DNA of 55,397 nucleotides, counting the filler, from Sphacelaria rigidula (lineage: Eukaryota), in NCBI GenBank assembly GCA_964200075.2. It is 4 parts of 4 records of this genome, joined end to end, with 100 filler letters (N's around TTAATTAATTAA, not from the genome) between each part and the next. Parts side by side here need not be neighbours in the genome. Positions count along the whole stretch, not along the records: positions 1 to 13,776 come from CAXNAA020002676.1; 3 more parts are not named here. The stretch is one strand, 5' to 3'. The notes beneath the pieces are model-generated. The model was given only the letters and a program-made list of their open reading frames with translations. It ran no database searches and was not told the origin of the DNA. Position 1 is the first letter of the stretch, and the number at the start of each line of letters is the position of its first letter. Position numbers and translations under genes: made by a program. Positions 1 to 11,160 of this stretch are shown here, piece after piece.

Positions 1-13
1 ACACACACACACA

Positions 14-766
14 CGAGCTGGGCCGCCCAAGAAGGCAGCAGGAATGTTGAAACGCATTTTCTTCGCTCAATTGTGGATTGTTTTCGATAAAATTTTGACA
101 CGATGTACAGGACGTACGTGCGAATACCGAACCTTCCCTCCTATGTTTTTTCCCTTCTTCGTGAGTTATTGGCAATTTTGTTCCGAAAAAAAGGTTTTGA
201 AATGCTCCGTCGCCAATAACTCAAGTACGAAAAAATATATAACTTTAGTCTTTCCCTTGTTCGAAAAATAAAACCGACCAACCAACCATCGTCAAACAAA
301 ATTTAATTAATTCACTAATTAATTAAATTTTAACAAAAAAGAAAACCAAACATCCAACCATCCAACCATCCATCCTCATACAATCTTTAATTAGGTAATT
401 TTCTCTTATACCGTAGCCAATGCGTTTTTTTGGATGAAAGGTTCGGTATCCACACACACACATCCTGTACATCGTGTCAAAATTTCATCGAAAACGATCC
501 AAAATTGAGCGTAACAGAAAATCCAATCTCAGTCGTTTTCTATTGGCTAATTCCGCCGCACATAGTACTCTCAACTCTATACACTTTCGCACTTGACTCC
601 AGTTTGGTATTTCGTTTGATGAGACCTTGTCAGATCGCAGTGCTACATGGATTTGAAGACGCGCGCTGATTTTCCGCTTACCACGATGTGTCATAGGCAC
701 AACTCACGATACATCGTCAGTTAGAACGGGCTGAAGGAAAGTGAGCTTCTTGGACGGCCCAGCCTG
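14..766. mobile_element. Non-autonomous DNA transposon (MITE-like, ~750 bp) with 21-bp terminal inverted repeats
   Basis: 14-34 cgagctgggccgcccaagaag matches the reverse complement of 746-766 (caggctgggccgtccaagaag) at 18/21. The interior is AT-rich and non-coding. A related terminus begins again at ~13746. No clear TSD. Confidence 0.65.
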
Positions 767-1244
767 TAGCACCACAGTGAAATTCACCCGAAACTAGCAG
801 TGGATGTTGTGCCAATTATTGGGGGGAAACAGCATACTCGATGCAAGTAGTCAATTGAGATCTACAAATTGATGGGATAGACAATCCCACGTACACGGCA
901 GCACCCGCAGTACGCGCTCTTGCTCCAAATGGCACACCACGCGTTGCCCAGAATTCTCTTCATCCTTCCACGTCCCAGGTTTCTCCAGCTGTCTTGGGTT
1001 CTGCTTTCGTCCCGAAGAACAAAGTATATGTCAGTCATGGGTTCCAGGCAACAACACATGAGCATCTCCCACATGACACACCCGGACCTACTTGCGGTGC
1101 ACACGTGACACAACCCACCCAAACGGGCACAGCTGTGTTCGATTACACATCCAACAGTGAGACAGACATCTGTTTCATCATGACGCTCGCAGCAGTCCAC
1201 CCCTTTTCACCACCGAGGGTCGAGCACTGTGTATACTGCCGACT

Positions 1245-4200
1245 CTACTTGGAGTCCCCTGGACGCGGGTCACGGTGCTCAGGGGGATGCGTAGCCTTCG
1301 CCTGCTCGGGTGCTTTCCTTCGTATCCTGACGATGTCTCTCGCCTAACCAATCACAGGAGCAGCCACAGGAAGCCCCATGTTCAAGAGTCGTGACAACAA
1401 GAGCGGAGGGTTATGGGTTGGAGTCACAAGTTATGTAGCAATTACAACCGCAAGCTTTTGAGGGATCAAACGCGATCCTGACACAAGGCTGGTAATACGC
1501 GTCTTCCCGAAGTCAGGTGGTGCGACACTGCAGATAAACTACAGGGTTATGCATCGACAACTGTTGTTTTCAGGGTCCATGTGGCTTAGCGTCGTTTTTT
1601 ATTCCCTGTAGAACTACAAGCCGTGTGCGTGTGTGTGTTGTCATCTCATATATTCTGGGCGCCAGTCTACACCTTTCGGTATATTGTGGGCGATGCAGCC
1701 GGGGTCGCACAGGAGGAATGCCAACACGAGAGTTTTTTCTTCTTTGTTTATTTTTTGTTTTCCACCTTCCTTCTGCAATGCTTGCCTTATTTTCTATTGC
1801 GAGAGGGGTTTAGCGGTCCTTTTCCCTCGTCGACCGTGAACTTGAATTTTGGTGCACCCACGACATAGCCGCTCTCCACTGCTGGGCATGGTGCGAAAAA
1901 AAAAAAACAGATCGTGCGACTGCACCGAGACTCGAACCCACGATCCAACCGACAGAAGGTTTCACACCCTGGACAATATATGGTCAGTAGATGCAATAGG
2001 CAGAAAATGTACTGGTATTGGGTAAAGTATAGGCCTACTGCAACTATTGCCACTCGACAATAGTTGCAATAGGCACATACTTCGCCCAGTATGTTTTTTT
2101 TTCTGTTGCATCTAATGACCATATTTTGTCCAGGGTGTGGAGGGTTTCTAGGTTGCCAACCGGGTCACCGGGGCGACCGACATAGGCCGCGTGCCCACTG
2201 TGAAATTGAGGACAGACCTCAAGATAGAAGCTGCCACCCATTTCATATTTCTCCACAAGAAAACATGAAGAGGTGAGTGGTTCAGCACAAATTCTGTGAC
2301 AATCAATCCACCAGTTTTCAACAATGCATTGACATTTTCTATACACATGTGTTTCGTTGTTGTCTAGCATAAATTCTACTGCGACTTCACCAACCCCTCC
2401 CTCCCTTACGAGACTGTGATTGGGATCATGACCCTGCTTCGTTTCACTACTTTTCCTGTAATGAAGAGTGTCCGATGACAGCGTATCGGGCGCGTTCGCT
2501 CCTGTAAAGCGTGAAGACCTTCACCCTCCACTCCTCACCTGCAGCAAGAATAGCTCTTCGTCCAATTCCCCCTGGTATTCTGTCCCCTCGAAGCAACCAT
2601 CGAATGCCAGCATGAGATCCGAGTCTTTGTGCCTCGATAGTGACATCAACATCGACGCGTCATCTAGGTAAGGCGGGACAGACGAACGAAACAAGCAGCA
2701 AGTCATTCGACCGGAGAATAATTCGGTTGTACATGACGCAAAGCACTCGAGATCGTAGTGCTAAGCTCCAGGTCTCGTCATAGAAATCTAATATCGCGCC
2801 CGCTATTTGGGGTGACTGATACCGCGATAGGCCCCCAGAAGAGTGGGTGGTATAAGGAGGCAAAATCTGCATGTAAATTAAAATAACGAAAGCGGAGCAC
2901 ACCGACTAGCTGGCAACTCCCACGCTTGGGAACGTTTTCGCCAATGTCGCTCACATGAAACGCCCCATGCAGTCTGAACCCAGCTATCATGCACTGTTTT
3001 GACCATTTTCCTCGCGACAATTTTGGGGGCTGGTTCGGGGGGTTGCTGTCGCGGCATCACTCGGGTGAAGTAACTCCCGGGGCTACCTTCGTATGTGGTG
3101 TCACCGACGCGCTAGAGCTTATTTCAGCAATGACAGTACTGGAGGCATCAAGTGTTGATACTAAAAAGGAAGCAGACGTACAACAATGCGACAAGGTGAC
3201 AGCTCGTCCGCATACCCTCATGGCAAGACCGTGGAAGAAGGCATAGAGTTCTGCCGCAACAAACAAAGCACAAGCAGAAATGCGGCAACCCGTGGTGGGT
3301 ACACAGCTCATTTTCGCGGGGTGAAAGAGGGAACGGTCCGGCCCACCTTCTGATAGCTTTGTTTCCTCGGCCAACTTCGAGACAGTCTTCAACACGTCTT
3401 TCCAGCTGAAGGTCAGCTCATCTGCCTCCTTGGCGAGATGTTCTCGCTCTGAAACCATATCCGCGCGACGAGAACATGTGGCGGCAGCTTGGTCAAATGA
3501 GGGATCGGATCAAGACTAATCGTCATGATAATGTATTGATGATGGCGTTGGCAGGACCAGCACTTGGCGAGACCAACTCGAGAGCAGACTGTAATTTCAA
3601 TGTGAGCAAACCACCTTGGCGATATTATTTCATTTCTCTCTTCCCTGCTGCTGAATAATGATATGCTTCAAGCTACAACATCTCTCGACTCTGACCCCAC
3701 TTTAGTGCACGCGAGGGAATTCAGCCAGAACCTTCACAGGTGGTTCTCTGTTTGTTTCATAGACGATACAGCTCCAACGGTGAAAACTAGCCCAGCCCAG
3801 CTGGCGAAAACCTTTGTTTTTCACAAGCAACTGGTAGGCGGTCAAACAGCTGCCACCCAGTGCCTCATACAAATCAAGCAAACAGCAAGCCTACCGAAAG
3901 CATGGAGCAGACAACAGCAGAACAAAGTGCAGGCATACCTCACCTTGCTGTACCTCCTCGAGAGCATCCTGGGCCTTCTGGTACACAGCAATATCTTCCT
4001 GGGAATGAACAACCGTCGCAATAGGTGTGCCGTGGCGGATCTTCTCGCTGCCAGCCTCCATCACTACTCCAATCGGGGAAGGAGCGTGCAGCACGGCAAG
4101 TGATGCATCGCAATTTCAGCAGGAAGAGTAATCACACCGCATGGTGCAGCCTGGTTGCCTCTTCAATTGCTTAGCCCGGAAAGATTTAAAGCAATCGCCT

Positions 4201-5226
4201 TTCAATCTATATCGACAGATAGATTGCTTCCTACGAGACGGACACTCTGACCGAAACGCGGGGCGCTCGATAAACGACGCGCTTCGCTACGAAACGAGAA
4301 TTTTCGCTGCACAGCTGGCTCCCGGAAGACGTGACCACCCTACGGTCGAAAACTGAGGGTAAGCAAGTGCCTTCGTCGTGTTGCATAAGAACTCACATAT
4401 CTCAGCAATATAACCCGATGTCTCCACCTTGACCCCGACAGAAAACTGTTCCAGCTCTATCTCGCACACCACGTCGCCAACCTGTGGATTCATAGGGGAC
4501 GAAAAATGGGCCTTATTTGAGAGCTGCAGTGCATACTCGCACAGATCGCCGGCCACGGCGGAATACAGGTGAGTGAGTCCTCCACTACAACCCGTCACCT
4601 TGCCGTCAGTGCATTTTCAGTGGAAAATTCATCACTTCGACGAAGTATTGGCAAGCCGTTGACAAGCGTTCAGAGTCAAGGGCGAAAGCCACTCTGTATG
4701 AACGAAACAAAACTGCTGGCTACGTTTTCAACTGCATGCACAGCACGCAGCACAGTCAGTTAACTATTTCTGATCCCACGTGGTTTGATCCGAAATTGGT
4801 GCTCAATTTCTCTCTACAACGGACACATGCGCTAGAGTAGCCCAAGGCGGACAGTACTCGATTGATCGATTGATGGTCGCACGTTAACTAACAATCTAGG
4901 AATCATAATCCAGCAGTATCCAGCAGTGGTCGTTATCCGCAAGATAGACGTATCCAACGTGAAAACAACGAAAACACTCGCTCGCGATCAACAAGAGACG
5001 AAACTCGACTACGGGGGAAGACAAATAATATAGAACATAGTGAGCCGGAAAAACAAAACATAAAAACAAGAAAGCGCTGGATCACGAAAATGAAGCTAGG
5101 GCAGCATTAGCAGTAACGGGAAGTACGGTAATACGAAACAACAGATTGTGCAAGTACGATAACGATTACCTCGACGCGATCACCCGCGCTGACGTTCCAG
5201 CACGTGACAGCGCCCAAATCGTCGCC
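1245..5226 (-). CDS. Spliced gene (5' exons unresolved) encoding a lipoyl/biotinyl-attachment-like domain plus a small helical C-terminal domain
   Basis: Phase-consistent GT-AG exons 5226-5170, 4481-4397, 4063-3944, 3448-3347, 2663-2539 and 1343-1245 (TAG). They splice to GDDLGAVTCWNVSAGDRVEVGDVVCEIELEQFSVGVKVETSGYIAEILMEAGSEKIRHGTPIATVVHSQEDIAVYQKAQ...FLLQARDIVRIRRK...DSK*. This follows the E2 lipoyl-domain pattern W-x-V-x-x-GD-x-V-x-x-GD-x-x-CEIE...GYIA-x-I...GTPIA. Confidence 0.85.
1623..2180 (-). mobile_element. tRNA-derived SINE (brown-algal type) in an intron, with its head interrupted by a MITE
   Basis: The minus strand shows a tRNA-like head split into 2180-2140 and 1963-1920 (B-box gggttcgagtc), a body, and a (CA)n-like tail at ~1623-1640. 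It resembles the abundant kelp SINE body (recalled, not searched). Confidence 0.75.
1964..2138. mobile_element. Fold-back MITE, ~175 bp, with a probable 9-10 bp TSD (Mutator-like)
   Basis: acaccctggacaatatatggtcagtagatgcaa...ttgcatctaatgaccatattttgtccagggtgt is near-palindromic over its whole length. It is flanked by gaaggtttc and gagggtttc. Confidence 0.8.
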
Positions 5227-5975
5227 CTGCGGCACCGACACAAGTACGGATGGGGGGGGTGGTCACCAGGACACTTTTCGGCAAGTGCAAGCCTTGTTCG
5301 CCACAGCATTGTTACATGCACAGCCATCTATAATAGCAACAGCGCACTCCATGCCTCGTCCCAGCAGGCGAGGAGAGAAGATGAGGAAACCTAACGTAGT
5401 GGCGGCAGCGCCGATAATAGCAACACTCGGAGTGAGCTTCTCAAAGTTGGGGTTCCTTGTGCCAACGTCCGGCCATCTTTTGCTCTTTCAGCCGCGGAAA
5501 ATGGAAAACGACCATTTCGTTTAGGATTTTGGATCATTTGTTAGGTTCGACACACCGTCTCAGCATGTCATGAATACAGCATCTCGAGCACCCAACAGCA
5601 TCATGAGCAACCAAGAACCGCAAGCTCACATCTTCTGTGCAGTGCAGTGACAGTGAAGTATCGAGGCTGCGTGTGATGAATTGCATGAAGCAAGCGGAAG
5701 TACTATTTTTCGGGGACACATATTTTGCAAGTTGGAAACGAATACTCGAACAACCCTGCAAGGCCTTGCAGCCTGTTGAAACAAAAAAAAACACGGAACA
5801 CAAGAAAAAATGTGCCAAAAGGGAGACATATGACGTATCACGGGATTACGGAGCAGACATTTTCATAGTTGCTCGAAAAAAATATGAAGCGGGATGCGCA
5901 CTTTCTTCCTTTGCTTGAAAAAGTGACAGCACGGAGTGGATACTTTCCTCGTCGCCTAAAAAGAAGACACAACAA

Positions 5976-6130
5976 GACGGGACGGGACGGGACGGGATGG
6001 CCCGTTCCGCCCCATACACGGGATAAGCGAGCTTCGTCCAGTGAAATTCAACCCCATTCCGCCCCCCCCGTCCTCACGAGAAATACGAGCCCGTCCCGTG
6101 TCCGGGAAAGTGTGCACGGACATCCCGTTA
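5976..6130. repeat. CCCGT/ACGGG-rich interspersed repeat fragment
   Basis: gacgggacgggacgggacgggatggcccgt and scattered cccgt motifs; same family as 7022-7565 and 9972-10322. Confidence 0.6.
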
Positions 6131-7021
6131 CACACGCGCTGAGGTCAGGGTTATGTAGCGCCGATTATTTGATGCACTAGCAACGCAACAATCAGCGGTT
6201 TTCACACAACAGGTGGTAACAACGGTTTGGTGGAAACAATTACACGAACGAACACGAGCAAGCAGCGCCACGGAGGCACGAAAAAAAAGTCCGGAGAAGT
6301 CACCACCCCAAACGGCATACAGATATTACATGCTAGCACAAGAGCAACTGACCAGCACACGAAATCTGTACCTATGTGACGATGTACGGACTATCATCGA
6401 TACAGAGTCTATCCCCATCCCCTCATCAATAAGACCCCGTAGTAATGGATTTAGGGCTACTTATAGCGCCATGTCGGTATCTACAACACTGCTTTTGTTT
6501 CAGAATATCACCCCTCAAAAACAGAAAAAAATTATATCATATTGTACGCCACCCCCGGGCGATGAGTTTTCGTGTCTCAAACACTCATCAGTCGCGGGGT
6601 CGTATACACCGTCCCATACAGCACTGTACGCTGAAGACTGGAAATAGGATGCGACTCTTGGGGTGGACACGTCTCGTATCTAGAAAAAATGAAATTGCGA
6701 TTGGACATTATTAATTTTGTCTCGTCAGGATCCAAGTTGCACAGTTTCCCGCGGGATTTGACCGAGACTCCTACGCCGTTCACGGGATGTCCCGTGAGGA
6801 CGAGATCGGTAAAGTGATGACACAGAACTTCGCGCGGCTCTAAAAATAGCTCGGAAGATTTCTGCTGCATGAAACGTCCTGCACGACATAACGCATTCTC
6901 CCGAACTTTGAGGCGGTTCTCAACGATTGGGGGGAAATATTAATACTTTCGAATTTCGTTATTGAATGGTTTTTATGCCTATTTTTCTTTCGAGTTTCGA
7001 AAAGTTGCACAACTTTTTTTT

Positions 7022-7565
7022 CCAGGGCTTTACACGGGACGAAAATCTCACGGGACATTTGTCCGAATGAGACGGGCCATCCCGTCTCGTCCCGACGAAT
7101 TTTCAGGGCCACAATTCCCTTCCCATCCCGTCCCGACACATTATCAAATTCCCCGTCCGTTTCGTCATTCTTCGACCAACAGGAACGGTGCCCATCCCGT
7201 CCCCAAACATGACCACATTTCCCGTCCTGTCCCGTCATTTTTCGATCAACGAAAAAGTGCCAATCTCATCCAAACATTTTCCCAGGCGACGGGAATAGCA
7301 ACAGTCAGTTCGATCCCGTCGTGTCTTCAGGGTCGCACTTCCTGTCACGATAAATTCTCAATTTTCCCGTCCCGTCCCGTCCCGTCCCGTCCCGTCAGTT
7401 TCAAGTCATGGGAAAAACACCCGTCTAGTCCCGACGCCTTTCCAGTTTTTTCCCATTGCCGTTCCGTTCTCACTGGACTTCCGTAATATTTTTCCCTTTC
7501 ATGTGACGAGACGTCCCTTCTCGTCATCACGCGACAGCATGAACGGGATGGGATTTCCCCGTCAA
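7022..7565. mobile_element. CCCGT-rich MITE (hAT-like CAGGGCT terminus)
   Basis: Starts ccagggctttacacgggacg; dense (cccgt)n motifs, e.g. 7366-7395; no coding capacity. Confidence 0.6.
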
Positions 7566-8114
7566 ATCTAGCGGGGCATGGTACCCTACAGTACCGTACG
7601 GTACCCAGTACAGCACAGTAGAGTACAGCAGTCAGTACTGCACTAACTATGGTATCAACACATCAACAAGCCGTCGGAGTTCCACCAGCTGCTGTAATGA
7701 ACTCGATCTGTGCAGCAGTCAATACTGTTGTACTGTAAGAACTGTCGAAGTACCATCGTCAGCTACTGTGCTGGCCCCAATCCCTCCCCGGGAAAGAGTG
7801 CATGACAATGTGCTGTGCTTTGTGATCGCCTGAGATATACCTTACATGTGCAACCTGCACTGCACGGGTGTGAGACACACTTTCAGGCAAAAATCGCACT
7901 CCTTTCAGCTTTTGAGCTTGAAGCGCTCACGTACAGTACAATGCTAACATGAGCTGTTATGATCATGGGGAGTACACGCCGAACGTCGGGATAGAAGTTT
8001 AGTGAGACCAAGAAGCCCAGCCAGCAGCCAAAAATGGTCTCAGTTAGTGATGAGGTGTTGGTGTCTTCGGTCCTTGGTAGAGTTTCACAGGCACTATAGG
8101 TAAGGTAGGTATAC

Positions 8115-8640
8115 AGTACCGGTATTTGGGACATGTCATACCCTACCGATACCGGTCCAATCGGGTATTTTTAAATGTCGTACCTACGATACCCACGATA
8201 CCACGGTATTTCGAGATGTCAATACCTACCATACCTGCCAATCAGGTATTTTCAAATGTCGTACCTACGATACCCACGACACCACGGTATTCCGAGGTGT
8301 CAATACCCGCCGTACCCGCTCAGTCAGGTATTTTCAAATGCCGTACCTATGATACCTACGATACCACTGCATTTCGAGATTTCAATACCTATCGTACCCG
8401 CTCAGTCAGGTATTTTCAACCCTCATATCTACGATACCTACGATATCACGGTATTTCGAGATTTCAATAGCTACCGTACCCGCTCAGTCAGGTATTTTCA
8501 AAACTCATACCTACGATACCTACGATACCATGGTATTTCGAGGTTTCAATACCGAACGTACCCGCTAAATCGGATATTTTCAAAACTCATACTTACGATA
8601 CCCACGCATACCACGGTATGGGATACCCCGGTGAATACCG
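8115..8640. repeat. ~82-bp tandem repeat, about 6 units
   Basis: The unit tcaggtattttcaaatgtcgtacctacgatacc...ggtatttcgaga...aatacc recurs at ~8161, 8242, 8325, 8406, 8488 and 8570. A shorter copy with the same leader lies at ~9641-9770. Confidence 0.9.
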
Positions 8641-9971
8641 AACGCAATGCACTCTCCACGGTGCAGCAGCTGGTCCCAACTTACGCAAAGGCCAGAAGTG
8701 GTCGGAGCAGGTGCGTCTTGTTTTTACAAGGAATATATACCCGGATTGCCCCTGATTTTCGTGTTCAGATCAACTCGAATGGACTGATTATTATCTAGCC
8801 TGAAGTGCGGTCGATTTTTTTTTGATCTGATAGGCCCACCGCATTTCTATTCTTGAAAGGCTCCCACTCAAACTTAGAATTGGTGGCGCGCGGAGAAAAA
8901 ATACAAAACAATAAAGCCAAGTTTTTTCGATCGAAAACATGGGGTCGAAACGTACGAAGCGGCACTTGATTCCTATCTCACAGACCACCATGCCAGATAA
9001 CACCCGTTCACAGAACCATGAAAACTCCACCCATTTCATTCTCGGCTACCACCGCAACCCTGCATCGAGTACGACCCAAGCACAGGGATAGATACACTGC
9101 AGTAGTTGGGTATGCTTGGTTTATTTTTTGTTGTCGGCAACTTGTGCATCTTCTTTCATGGTAGGATCAGCGACGGAACTGCGTGGTGCGGTGGGCAACC
9201 GAGTTGCGTATACCCTCATGGACAGTGCAGGCAGTAAAAAGCTGCACGTTGTTGAAGTCATTTTCACGTCGCATTGTAAGCAGAGAGAACTGATAGTCCT
9301 GGGCTGTCTGCACTGCACGTTGCCCGCTTCTCTTCAAAATCTCACTGCACGAAACACGCACAGATGCACTCAAGACACACTGCTTGCAAGCAGTGCAGAC
9401 AGTATAGACTGTCTGTACTGCACAAGGGCGACCATGTACCGTTTCGCGATTTTCACTGTCTTCTTTCGATCGAAAGCTGGAAATTCGCTTGGATCCAACT
9501 CGACAAAAATGAGCGATTTTCGCTCAAATCAATTACACTGACCTATTTTTTCGATCGAAAAAAGAGGTACTAAGTCACGCCCTGAAATGCTTCTCCGCAT
9601 TGCCGGATGACAGTTGTGAAGCCGGTATAGAGGGTAAGAGGTACCCGGTACTGGTATTTGGGACATCTCATACGCTCCCGATACCGGTTCAATCGGGTAT
9701 TTTCCAATATCATACCTCCGATACCTATTATACGATACCGGGGGTACGCTCAATACGATACCTTACCCACGGTTCTCGTGTAGAGTTTTACGGTATCAGC
9801 AGTGGTTGCTCTTACTTATCCTCCGAGTGCGTCGTTGTTAGGGCCAATATTTGATGTGAAAACTGCTGTCGGTTGCCTTGTCCGTGCGCCAAATAATCAA
9901 TGTTACCAAGTTCTTTCAAACACTCCGGCCGCAAAGCGGTGTGTATGGGGTGTTGATACGCATTATTCCTT

Positions 9972-10322
9972 GAGGGCGGGACGGGAAGGGTCATACATCT
10001 CGTCCGGTCCTGTCCCATCCCGAACAAATTCTCCGAGAACCCTTCCCGTCCCGTATCGTCTTTTTCTCATCCCGCCATTTTATAGGCGACGGGACGAGTG
10101 CCCGTCCTACCCCGACGGTTTCGGGGGCCGCGCTTCCCATCCAGTCCCGTGCCGTGCCATCATTTTTCAGGGTTTTATACTTCCCGCCCCATTACGACCC
10201 GACAAATTCTCAAATTTCCCGTCCCGTCCCGTCGTTTTCTCAAGAAACAGGACGAGTACTCGCCTTTTCTCCTGACAGAAAACGGGCCGTCCCGTCCCGT
10301 CCCTTGTCCCGTGAAAAATCTC
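9972..10322. mobile_element. Second CCCGT-rich MITE copy
   Basis: Shares segments with 7022-7565 (e.g. aaattctcaaatttcccgtcccgtcccgtc) and ends in cccgtgaaaaatctct, resembling the inverted terminus. Confidence 0.6.
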
Positions 10323-10480
10323 TCCTTTACCAAATGGATTTCCGTTTTCAACTTGGAAAATTTGAAAATATGAAGCGCCGAAAATTATGTTTCATGCAGA
10401 AAAAACTTCCAAGACTTCAAACACTCAAAACATTTGCGGCTCATCTCAGAGTGCAAGTTCGGTTCGGATTGAAACCTCAC

Positions 10481-11160
10481 CTGGTTGATATCAGGTACCG
10501 TGATATGATGATGCCGTGGTTCCATGGGGGTTGCGACATTCGGCGAGACGTTCTCTTCGTCTCCTGGCACCTCTTCACCCTCCACCTCAGCCGCTTCGTC
10601 CCCGGTTTTGGGTGCGGTCGTGCCGAGGGTATCTGCTGATTTCGAGGAAAACCAGCGTCTGCTACCTGCCGCGTGCTTGACCTTTGGTTCCAAGTTCAAA
10701 TCCCCTGCGTCCTTCCCCCGCTTGGTGCAAACAATAGCATGACCCCCTGAAAAACATTGCCAGGTCGCTACGGCCCATCCACGAGAAAAATTCGAACCAG
10801 GTTGCATCATAGTTGCCGGTGCTATGGTGGCGGCGTTGTTACTGGACGCTGATCGAGTTAGCTTTCGAGTCGTGCACTCATGTGTGGAGTACCCCGTGAT
10901 GGGAGAGCAGCTGGAAACGTTTGCACTGCTACCTCTCGACTTCGCTACGTAGACTCTACCATTTTTTCTCCCACCTAATACCCTGGAACTGAAACTCATC
11001 CAGCGATAAGACATGCTCGTGGAGCAAGTCGAACATTCACAGCGCAAGAGAGCAGGCCTCAAGAAAGGAGTGCTACACGATGGAGCTGCCGGCCCCAGTC
11101 CCTTTTTTTTCATAGGCTGTACCAGCTCGTTGTGCGCCCCTTCATAGACCCGCGATCATG
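10481..11160 (-). pseudogene. Possible degenerate or unknown coding segment
   Basis: 242-aa open frame with an acidic stretch (DEAAEVEGEEVPGDEEN) ending at a CAG|gtgagg donor (~10480). Another frame upstream is protein-like but has stops. No recognisable domain. Confidence 0.25.

Noticed and set aside
860-1396. Solo LTR starting TGTCACGAC on the minus strand
   Set aside because: No matching end, PBS or PPT. The region is better explained as the last exon (1343-1245) and 3' UTR of the lipoyl-like gene.
8126-8798. 114- and 207-aa repetitive ORFs
   Set aside because: Products of the 82-bp tandem repeat.
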